A DNA stretch of 64,000 nucleotides, taken from assembly GCF_000328665.1 (NCBI RefSeq), contig NC_019972.1:124001-188000 (forward strand), written 5' to 3'. The notes under the pieces were generated by a model that worked only from the letters and a program-made list of their open reading frames with translations, was not told the DNA's origin and did no database searches. Shown in pieces: positions 47,356-57,200 of the stretch (position 1 is its first letter; each line of letters starts with the position of its first letter). Made by a program: the position numbers and the translations under genes. This DNA comes from Methanomethylovorans hollandica DSM 15978 (GTDB lineage: Archaea > Halobacteriota > Methanosarcinia > Methanosarcinales > Methanosarcinaceae).

Positions 47356-49737
47356 ATGCCAGCGGATCAGGAAGAAATACACAGGTTAAGTTTGAGTGAA
47401 GATAAAGAAGATAGGGCAAAGGCTATAGTGCTAATTGAAAACGAATTTGAAAATTTACCTGACAAGTATGACGCATGGAATGATCTCATTAGATTGGTGA
47501 ATGATGAAATTTGGAGTAATAAAGTAAATGCAATTAACTTTGTATCTAGTGCTTTTAAATATCTTCCTGACAAATCTATTGCTTGGTCTGATTTCATTAG
47601 ACTCGTGGGAGATGAGGATAAGGATATATATATAAATTTTCAAGTTTCTTATCTTCTATTTTCCGCTTTCAAATATACTCCTAATAAATATGTTGCTTTA
47701 TCTGATTTACATCGTCTAACGATTGCTAGTCATTATTCTGTTAGAGAAATTGCTGCTTGTATCCTTGGTAGAGTGTTTCCTTCCATATCTGAAGAGTATA
47801 AATATGCTGCTTGGTCTGATTTACATATTCTAACATGTGATCTGCATTATGAGGTTAGACGAAAAGTTATTCATAGCCTTGCTTATGCTTTTGAACATAT
47901 TCCTGAAGAACAGAAGTCTGAGGCTTGGGAGGATTTACATAGGCTAACAAGTGATGAAGATGACTTCGTTAGAAGCAATACTCCTGATCTCCTAAGTATT
48001 ATTTTTTCTTCTTTCCCCGAAGAATGCAAGTTTCTTGCTTGGGAGGATTTACATAGGCTAACAAATGATGAATATTGTTGGGTTAGGACACATGCTTCTT
48101 CTTCTCTTGGTGTTTCTTTTAAGTACATTCCTGACAAATCCGTTGCTTTTTCTGACCTACATCGTCTAACAAGTGATGAAAGTCGTTGGGTTAAAGAAAG
48201 TGTTGTTTATGCTCTATTTTTTGCTTTTGAAAATGTTCCTGACAAATCTACTGCCTACAGTGATATAGTTAGATTAAAAAGTGATCCGGATTCATGTGTT
48301 CGTACAAAAGTTGCTGAGTACATTGGTTCGTATTTTTCTTCGATTCCAGATGAATACAAGTCAGCTGTCTTGTCCGATCTGCATAGTCTACTAATTGATG
48401 GGGACACATATGTTAGAATGTATGCATATTATTCTCTTGGGAAAATTTCGATACATGAAGCTTCTAAATCATCAAATGAAGCTGATTCTAGAATCTTGTT
48501 GGATAAAGCAATCCAATATTTTGAAAAATCCGTAAAAGAAGGTCCTTGGGAAAGCCCTGCGACATTTTGTAGTTTCTTTTATCGTTCTTTTGACGATGTT
48601 TTGTTCAAGAAAGTACATCCAAAAAATGTAGAGAAGGATTATATTGCAGCTGCTAAAATATGGAGCCGCGATTCTGAGACCAAACATAAACTTATAGAAG
48701 CTGTTGAACAACTATCTAAAGCTCTAGAAATAGCATACGATGCTCGTGAATCTGGTAGCGATTGGCAAGAAACACTAAAACGTTGCTCAGATATCTGTAA
48801 TTATGCTGAACAATTGATGAATGATAACAAAGATAAAACACCTGCTGCACATAGTTTGTATAAGATAGCTAAGCCATCTTTTGATAAAAGAATAACAGAA
48901 CTTATTGATAAATTGAAGGAAACAGCAGATATTGCTTACGATAAATCGCGGAATACTCCTGCTGAACCGATTGCTTCTTTCATTAAAGAGGAAATATACG
49001 GGTGGAGAGTTGAAAATCAAGTTCAAATGGAAAAGAGTCTTAATAACTTACTTTTTAGCCTAAAAACACAGATCCCTAATATTCCTGAAACTAAATTTAT
49101 TTATGAAAAAATAGATGAGATAAAGAGTTATAAGATCGTTGAAGACCAGATTGCAGCTCTTATATCATTGATTCCTTTGATTCTACAGATGTCCATAGAA
49201 TCAAAATTAAATATTATTATAGAGAACCAAAACAAAACTTTTGATAAAGTAACTCAAATCGATAAAACAACAAGTGACACAAATGAAACAGTTACTCGAA
49301 CCGAAAGTAAGGTTGATTCAATCCTCCAAACTGTTACTGAACTAAAAGAGATTGCATCTAAGTTAAAGGCAGAAGGAAATGAAAAAGGAAGCCAGGACGT
49401 CAATGATATAGCTGATAAAATCAAGGTTTTACTGGAAAATAAAGATCCTAAAGAGATGACCCTTTTTATCGAAAAACTCCAAAAAGAAGTACCAGATATC
49501 TTTGAGGAAATCGAAAAATCCACTGCTCCTAAAGATGTGAAAGAAAAAGCAAAAATAGGTTTGAAAGACAAAATGATGGAAACTGGAAAGAGTATTACAT
49601 TTGCTGTTGCTACAAACTGGATTGCTACTTATTTACCTTCTATCATAACTGCTGGTGTCTCTGGACTTTTAGTTCCGGGTATCATACTTGCTGTTTTGGT
49701 ATCAATTGTGAATTTGAGAAATCAAGATCTAAAATAA
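47356..49737 (+). CDS. HEAT-repeat protein with coiled coil and C-terminal hydrophobic segment
   Basis: Repeats 'AW.DLHRLT.DE…VR..A…L…F..IP'; C-terminal TM-like stretch. Confidence 0.8.
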   Translation: MPADQEEIHRLSLSEDKEDRAKAIVLIENEFENLPDKYDAWNDLIRLVNDEIWSNKVNAINFVSSAFKYLPDKSIAWSDFIRLVGDEDKDIYINFQVSYLLFSAFKYTPNKYVALSDLHRLTIASHYSVREIAACILGRVFPSISEEYKYAAWSDLHILTCDLHYEVRRKVIHSLAYAFEHIPEEQKSEAWEDLHRLTSDEDDFVRSNTPDLLSIIFSSFPEECKFLAWEDLHRLTNDEYCWVRTHASSSLGVSFKYIPDKSVAFSDLHRLTSDESRWVKESVVYALFFAFENVPDKSTAYSDIVRLKSDPDSCVRTKVAEYIGSYFSSIPDEYKSAVLSDLHSLLIDGDTYVRMYAYYSLGKISIHEASKSSNEADSRILLDKAIQYFEKSVKEGPWESPATFCSFFYRSFDDVLFKKVHPKNVEKDYIAAAKIWSRDSETKHKLIEAVEQLSKALEIAYDARESGSDWQETLKRCSDICNYAEQLMNDNKDKTPAAHSLYKIAKPSFDKRITELIDKLKETADIAYDKSRNTPAEPIASFIKEEIYGWRVENQVQMEKSLNNLLFSLKTQIPNIPETKFIYEKIDEIKSYKIVEDQIAALISLIPLILQMSIESKLNIIIENQNKTFDKVTQIDKTTSDTNETVTRTESKVDSILQTVTELKEIASKLKAEGNEKGSQDVNDIADKIKVLLENKDPKEMTLFIEKLQKEVPDIFEEIEKSTAPKDVKEKAKIGLKDKMMETGKSITFAVATNWIATYLPSIITAGVSGLLVPGIILAVLVSIVNLRNQDLK

Positions 49738-49923
49738 GGCGATTGATAATGATTTTTGGACAGCAGTTTTGACTGCTTCTCTATCCCTTTGTCCTAACCA
49801 ACGCCCTTTAGAAAATATAAATAGGAGTTGTTTATATTTGGCTATGTTCAAAGTGATTAAACTAGTCTATTTACCCACCAGGAAAAGCAAAAAAAGTAGT
49901 AAGAAAAGAATACCTGCAATAAT

Positions 49924-50532
49924 TCAGGTTTCTGAGACAAAGATCTCCTTGACAGGCTGCAAGGAATCAAGATCAATATCTATTCCATAGCGTTCTACAA
50001 ATTCCCGGGTTCCGATACGATCCGGGGTCCAGTCCAAAAACCACATTTTAGATACAATTTTTCGAGTAAGGATTGGCTCATTGCGTTTCACAGCTTCATC
50101 TGGAGCTATATCTAAGTTCGAAATCCACCGCAGCTTGTTAATACCAGCTTCCTGCGAGCCACGTATGAAGGCGTAGAACGCACTTTCCATCCGGCTGATA
50201 GTTTCAGCTGCAGTCTTTCCAGAGGGCATTGCACGGAACCTGTAAGGGCGGAGTTTATGCTGCAGGCACCACTGCTCAAGTAAGACAGCATGTAAGGAAG
50301 GAAGCAGATAAGCATGGAGCTGATGAGGAAAATCAATGTGCAGAAGGGAATCAAGGATCCCGGGATAATAATAGCGGTATTCCTGCAGGCTGGTTCTCCG
50401 TACATGTATCCTGCCGTTTAATCCCATATCCTTGGGAGTGTGGGTATGCAGTACCCTGCGGGGAATAGGGGTATCGCTGTTGATTAGTACCATTTCGATG
50501 GTGGCTGCATTCCATTTCTTTTGGTTCGTCAT
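49924..50532 (-). CDS. Hypothetical protein
   Basis: 202-aa ORF with ATG start, GC-richer than its flanks; no recognised motif. Confidence 0.55.
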   Translation of the reverse strand: MTNQKKWNAATIEMVLINSDTPIPRRVLHTHTPKDMGLNGRIHVRRTSLQEYRYYYPGILDSLLHIDFPHQLHAYLLPSLHAVLLEQWCLQHKLRPYRFRAMPSGKTAAETISRMESAFYAFIRGSQEAGINKLRWISNLDIAPDEAVKRNEPILTRKIVSKMWFLDWTPDRIGTREFVERYGIDIDLDSLQPVKEIFVSET

Positions 50533-51731
50533 ATTTACACTATATTTGTTCTAATTTTATATTAGTGTATGGCATTTTGCCTATGTTTTTCTCCGACCAA
50601 GTATTCAAAAGTCTATAGGAATATGGCATATCCTACCTGCTACCTCCCCATTGAACCCAAAAAAGATATCAGAAAAACATACCTCTTTGAATCTGGACAG
50701 CAAAATGATCAAAATTACCCTTTGTTGATAAAAAAGATGCTTTTTACTACATGGGTGGTAAAAATATACTAATTTATTTTTGGTATTTTTCATACAGAAG
50801 AGGATTCTGATTAACCCTCTGTTTTTTATGTCACCATAAATTTGAAGTGGCATTTATTCTCTTTATCTCTGTTTTTGCTTCGTTTCTTTCATTTTTTCCT
50901 TGTTTTTAGGATAGCGGAAGCTATCCTAAATAATTCCTTTATGTTTGAGTGTCTTCAACTGATGTAAGTTAAAGCAAAAAGCCGTCATCAACATCTTTAC
51001 ATTTACTCTTTCCACAGTTGTAACAAGAACTTTTCCTGCATTAAATACTTCTTTGACCACAGAATATACTCGTTCTCCTGGAGCTCTCTGACTACTGATC
51101 TTTCGTTCCTCAGGAGATCGCTTATTTCTAATGGATGTCCTCTCACAGCTCTCTGCATTGTTGCAGCAAAACCTTTTGCAATTGCTCCGAAATACCCTCT
51201 ATCTCTGTATACAACTTCATTCAATTCAGAGAGATCTATCTGAGAATCATGAACCGATGCAGTTGTTGTTTTGAATCTTCTGATCAATTCATAATCCTTA
51301 TCGATGATTGTGTGGAGCTTGTAACCAAAAATGATCTACTACCTTTTTTTGTCCAGGTTCCATCTTTACTTCGTCTTGTTTTTGCTTCTTTTCCTCTAGG
51401 TTCATCTGCTTTAACATGTCCCGGATTTGAATGGATGAAAGTAGCATCCTGGATCATTCCTTTTTTGATATTCAATCCTAGAGCATCAAGCTGCTTCTGC
51501 ATTTCAGTCCATATTTGCTCTTCTTTTCCATTATCGACAATCCTCTTCCGAAATGACCAGACAGTTGTACTGTCTGGTACATATTCAGGGAATGAAAGAA
51601 ATTTCCGGAAGGAGATTCTATCAATGCATTGTCGCTCAAGTTCAGCATCAGAAAGATCATGCCATTGTTGTAGTACAAGTATTTTGAACATCACAATAAC
51701 ATCAGCTTCAGGCCTACCGCCTGAAGCTGTT

Positions 51732-53887
51732 GTCGAATAAGAAAGAGCGATTACTCGCTCTCCCTCTTCTAAGAACCGTACGTGCGACTTTCATCGCATA
51801 CGGCTCAAGCATTCTATAACCCTTTCTGTATCGGGCAGCTGTTAGACATTCTGTGATAGTTACTCTACAACACTTGTTTCTGCTTTCTCAGATAGTTTGT
51901 TCTCCATTTGAAGTATTCTTTGTCTATATAGGGGTTCTTATCCATTTTTATACATGGATGTCTTATAATCTTCGTATCCGTGAAAGATTTAAGTTTAAGC
52001 CCCTCTGCAGAGAATACCCAGTTCCTTGACCCTATCCCATGCCAATATCGATTTACTATCCATTGGTGAGATTTGTCTGGATGGCGCCTTTTAGCCCACG
52101 TCCATAGCATATTCCATAATCTGAAATCAAGCTTACTGAACGTCTCTTTAGCAACTGCTGAGCGATGGTATTCGCTCCATCCAACAATAATAAGGTTAAG
52201 TTTCTCAATGAGAGAACTTTGGGACAAAGCCTTCCCTTTCTTAATCACGTTACTTATACTTTTTGTGATTGTCGCAATAGATTTGTTCGAGGGTTTGATT
52301 AGGAGTTTACCGTTGTATTTCCGGAAATTCCATCCCAGAAAATCAAATCCATCGTCTATATGGGAGATAAGGGTTTTCTCACGAGATAGTTCCAGTCCTC
52401 TATCCTTTAAGAATAGTCTGATAATCTCAGCAATATCTTTAGCTACTTTCTCTGAATCTGCAGTGACGATGAAATCGTCTGCATATCTCACAAAATTGAC
52501 TTTATGAGGGTTATACCCATTTTTGTTGATAGTTCCCCTCTTGTTTGTATGGTACTTTGTTGCTATTGCCTTTTCCATACCATCCAATGTGATATTCGCC
52601 AAGGTTGGAGATATTAGGCCACCTTGCGCAGTGCCTGCTTTGGTAGGATTCAGATGTCTGTTGTAGACATAACCAGCTTTAAGGAATTGCTTTAAGATTG
52701 ACTTATCCATAAGAATATTGTTCAGGAGCCATTCGTGATTTATATGGTCAAAACATCCTTTAATGTCACCTTCCAGAATCCATTGAGCTGAGTTCCTTTT
52801 GCTCAAACATGTGAACAATTGGGCTTTTGCATCCTGTGAACTTCGATGTTTGCGAAATCCAAAAGATGCTCTGTCTGCAGTGGTTTCTGCTATTGGGTTT
52901 AGGACAAGAGCATATAATGCCTGCATTGCTCTATCGTACATTGTAGGAATGCTTAGTGGTCGTTTTTTCTTCTTCCCAGTTTTCTCAATATAGATTCGTC
53001 TCAATGGTTTGGCTTTGTAGTTCTTACCAGATAATTCCAGAACAGCTTTTATATTGGAGGTAGATGTTGTCCACTTTTCTCCATCAATTCCAGCTGTTCT
53101 TTTACCTCTGTTCTGTGTTACCTTCTTTACTGCCAGTAATTTGGCATGAAAAGAGTTGGTAAGCAAATATTGTAGCCGTTTAACTAAATGCCACTTCTTT
53201 TGTCTAACCGCTTTTACAATTCGGGTTTGCAGCTTATTAACGTTCTTTCCGACTGTTTTCCAATCGATTTGTTCCCATTTGTTTGGGATTGAATTGTCTG
53301 CAAGCCTCTCACCTGACGGTGTCGTTGAGTGTCTTGCATTCATAAGTTTGCCTCCTTTCATGTAATAGAACACCTACGGTAAGTCTGCTCCCTTTCGGAA
53401 TAAGGCAAATTTTGAACCTCTATGCATTCCATTACAGAATGCCATTCGCTTTTTACCGTTTCCTTTATCCCCTGTGCCATTGTTCATTCTCACAAATTCA
53501 CTACCTTTTTTTTAGAGGAGCACATGGGACTTACCAAGTTCTACAATACGAATAATCACGGAAACCTTAGAAGCCATCTATAGGCCGGGAATCTATTGTC
53601 CATTCGCCATAATGTTAATAAAGCCATTATGACCAGATTCCTTACCTTTTGGTTAAAGCGTGTCATTCCATTTCGCTTATCTGTATTAACGACCCTTAAG
53701 ATGGTTCGCATTATGCTCTTCATAATTTCCTTAACCTAGCAGTTAGTCAAGGATTGGAATTCCTTGCTTCCTACATTGTCCTATGAGCTTCATACTTTGA
53801 CGTTACCACCAACGCATGTCATAGTAGGTTTATCCCGAGTGGAAGGGATAGCTATAAAGCAATTCATAATGTAGCTTCTTGTCGCAC
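51732..53887 (-). mobile_element. Group II intron (chloroplast-like class), about 2156 nt
   Basis: 5' GTGCG at 53887; domain V GAGCCGTATGCGATGAAAGTCGCACGTACGGTTC; domain VI hairpin; 3' AC at 51732; excision restores the transposase frame (…NNR/TASGG…). Confidence 0.92.
51865..53343 (-). CDS. ltrA: Group II intron reverse transcriptase/maturase, no En domain
   Basis: RVT_N 'W..IDW…LQ.RI', '[14 protein letters not shown]', 'GDIKGCFD', 'GTAQGG', 'RYADD', 'GFDFLG'; GGAGG RBS before ATG 53343. Confidence 0.93.
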   Translation of the reverse strand: MNARHSTTPSGERLADNSIPNKWEQIDWKTVGKNVNKLQTRIVKAVRQKKWHLVKRLQYLLTNSFHAKLLAVKKVTQNRGKRTAGIDGEKWTTSTSNIKAVLELSGKNYKAKPLRRIYIEKTGKKKKRPLSIPTMYDRAMQALYALVLNPIAETTADRASFGFRKHRSSQDAKAQLFTCLSKRNSAQWILEGDIKGCFDHINHEWLLNNILMDKSILKQFLKAGYVYNRHLNPTKAGTAQGGLISPTLANITLDGMEKAIATKYHTNKRGTINKNGYNPHKVNFVRYADDFIVTADSEKVAKDIAEIIRLFLKDRGLELSREKTLISHIDDGFDFLGWNFRKYNGKLLIKPSNKSIATITKSISNVIKKGKALSQSSLIEKLNLIIVGWSEYHRSAVAKETFSKLDFRLWNMLWTWAKRRHPDKSHQWIVNRYWHGIGSRNWVFSAEGLKLKSFTDTKIIRHPCIKMDKNPYIDKEYFKWRTNYLRKQKQVL

Positions 53888-54201
53888 CTATTATTATACA
53901 TCGATTCGAGAATAGGACGAAATGGTTTCCAGTCTATTAATGATTCTATTTCAGCAAGCTTGTCACCAACAGACTGAAGGCGTTTATATTTTTCATTAAG
54001 TGCAAAACCAATTAAATCATTCATGTTTATTAATTTACTTTGCTATTGGTTATATTTTAGTAGGATGTTATGCTGGGGAGAATAGGTTTATCGAAATTCT
54101 CCAATGTTTTGTATTAAAATAATTCCAAAAACAAATAGAAAAAATTAAATATGAACGTCTAATCAGTTTACACATAATTTGAATTCGGAAGGAACACAAC
54201 A

Positions 54202-57200
54202 ATGGAATCAAAATACGTTAACAAGATAAGGACAACATCAATATTATTATCAATCCTCTTTTTTGTGTTAATGAGTTCCCCTATAGTACATGCTGAAACT
54301 TACTCGCTTGTTAAACAATGGGGTTCTACTGGTAATAGTACTGGACAATTCAACAACCCATCAGCTGTTACAGTCGACTCATATGGAAATGTTTATGTTG
54401 CAGATGCAAACAATTACCGTATTCAGAAGTTTGATAATAATGGAGCTTTTATAAATAGTTTTGAGACTTGGTATAAATCTCAATTTCATATCCATCCTCG
54501 TGGTGTTGCGGTTGATTCTTCGGGCTATATTTATACATCGGGTTGTGGTGGAAATGGTGGTATTGCAGGTGCAGCGTATGGAATTCGTTATGGTACTGTA
54601 TATCATAAATATGATAATAATGGAAATCTAGTCAGTGAAGTGTATCCAAATGGAGCTATGGGATTTTACTACTCAGTCTACTTACCCTGGGAAACTGCCG
54701 TAGATAAATTTGGTAATGTATATGTGAGTGATGTAACTAATGGTTATGTTGATAAATTTAATAATGGTATTTGTATGTCCGCATTTCAGAATCGGTCAAT
54801 TTCTGGTTCCGATTCAAAGTTTAGTATAGATTCATTGGGCAATTATTATATTATATATGGAGGATTTATTAATAAGTTTGATAGTAATGGTAATTTCATT
54901 ACTAAAATTGGATCATCTGGATCAGGTGACGGGCAAATAAGAGATCCAGTCGCAGTAGCTGTAGATGATTCTGGGAACATTTATGTCGTTGATTGTCAGC
55001 AAAAAGACTATACTCTAAAAGAATACTATCGAATTGAAGTATTCGATACAAATTATAAATTTATTACTCAATGGCAATTATCTTCGAATTTCTCTAATAT
55101 CTACAATAGCGATATTGCTGTTGATTCTACAGGTAATGTTTTTGTTGTTGAGAGCTACAATAATCGGATTTATAAATATGCTCCAACAAATTCAGTGAAT
55201 CCTGCAGCAAACTTCACTAGCAATATCACAGAAGGTTATACTCCTCTTTCTGTCAAGTTCACAGATACAAGTACGGGATCACCGACTTCCTGGCTATGGG
55301 ACTTTGGAGATGGAAATACTTCTACTGAACAGAATCCTACATATACTTACTACAAGTCTGGAAACTACACCGTCACATTGACTGCAAGCAATTCAGAAGG
55401 GACAGATAGTACCAGCCAGACTATAAGTGTAAATGATATAGACTTTAAAGTCAATCCACAGAAGATTCGTATTTCTGATAAAGTGGAATTCAACGCATCC
55501 CAATATATAAGTTCAACAGGAGGAGGCATTACTTGGGACTTTGGCGATGGTAAAACAGATTTATCAAATAACCCAATCGTTTATCATAATTATTCAGAAC
55601 CAGGGTCATATACTGCAAAAATAACGATTACAGACTCAAAAGGTAATGTAGCAACGAAATCTCAATTTGTCAATGTTACTATTCCTGTAGTTCTCGTACA
55701 CGGATTCATGAGTTCATCAGAAACGTGGGTGGATATGTCCAGTGCACTGCAGAAAAATGGATTCGAAGTATGGAATTTTGATTATGGAATTTATAGTACT
55801 CAAAATCCGCAAGATATTGCTCCAAAGCTTTCTGACTTTATTGAGGGAAAAAGAAATGATCTAACATATAATGGGCAGAAATATAACGGAAAAATTGACA
55901 TTGTCTGTCATTCGATGGGATCAATAGTCTCTCGACTGTATATGGAGCATTATCAAGGAGGCATCCATGGAAAAGATGTTCGCCAGTGGATTGGAATTGC
56001 TCCAGCTCATGGTGGTTCTGCTGGCGCAGATATATATATACCAGTCGGACAAGTTAAGTCTCAAATTCTGTTAAACTTTATGCAAGCGACTCCTCCTGAA
56101 TATTATGCGTTTTATCAACAAATCGGCCTAGCTGTAAATGAACTTAAAACGGATAGTAATTCAGTAAAATCACTCGCTTCAGGATCCCTATCTCCAACTA
56201 CTAAATATCGAGTTCTTGTCGGATGGAATCCAACACACTCTTCACAATTCGGAGGCAATTTATTATCAGCTACACTTGCAAAAAACACATCCCGACCTGA
56301 TCCCTATTATTGGACTGACTCTGGCGACATGATTGTAGCGACAGCACAAAGTTATGATCAACGTATTAAAAATTTTGAAGCTTTTCCGATTAATGGAAAT
56401 CTTGGAGATTCCCCTGCAGAAGAGTTTGACCATATACATATAATTAAATCACCAACCGTTATCCAATATGTTATTGATTGTCTGAAAGATATCAATAAAC
56501 CTTCCTCGAATAAATTACCACCGGATAATGAAGTTTCATTCTTAACAGTCGTGAATAGAGACATTAAAGGTTACATAGGTACTAAAGCGCAACAAGTAAC
56601 CGGTTATTTGGGTACAAAAGTGCAACAGATAAAATTCTTTGTTTCTGGTTTCTTTTCTATGGGTTCAGATTCGATTTCTAATTTGAGAGTAGAGTCCAAT
56701 AGTATAACAATTGATCAAGAAACTTCTAGTTCTCAGGAAAAGGTGCTATCCATTTTGCTTGAATGGGATGAAGGTGATATTGCGGTGAATTTGATGTCTC
56801 CTAGTGGAATTGAATATTCCGCAGAATCTCATCCATATAATGTATGGTATTTAAAGGAAGGAAAGTTGCTATATTATATTATCACTGATCCAGAAAGTGG
56901 AAATTGGACTGTAAATTTGATTCCTGAAGAGTATCCTGGTCATGATATGCACTATAACCTTACCTACTGGGTTGAGGATTCCAATAGTGGTGTGTTGAAT
57001 GGTTTTCCAGTAGCCAATTTTAGTACCAACATAACTACTGGCTACGTACCGCTTACAGTACAGTTTACCGACTTATCGGAAAATGCAACTTCATGGAAAT
57101 GGGACTTCGGAGATGGAGCAGCTTCTACCGAACAGGATCCTCTGCATATCTATACCAAAGAAGGGAACTATACAATTGTACTTAATTCAAGCAATTCAAT

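Larger units (their letters stand above)
50926..54024 (-). pseudogene. IS5 transposase pseudogene (intron insertion plus frameshifts near 51330 and 51090)
   Basis: Fragments 53888-54024, 51284-51731 and 50926-51287 align with the intact transposase at 34632-35576. Confidence 0.85.
50800..54101 (-). mobile_element. IS5-family element, copy 2, interrupted by a group II intron
   Basis: Imperfect terminal IRs GAGGATTCTGATTAACCC (50800) and GGTTTATCGAAATTCTC (ending 54101); homologous to copy 1. Confidence 0.85.

Noticed and set aside
51135..51740. 201-aa plus-strand ORF
   Set aside because: Antisense frame of the IS5 transposase pseudogene
51865..53373. RT as the engine of a DGR or retron acting on the FGE genes
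   Set aside because: It lies within clear group II intron boundaries (GTGCG…domain V/VI…AC) and has RVT_N and maturase regions; no template repeat or avd gene is nearby
50790..54110. Target-site duplication around IS5 copy 2
   Set aside because: The flanks (CATACAGAA and CAATGTTTT) show no direct repeat, so none is claimed
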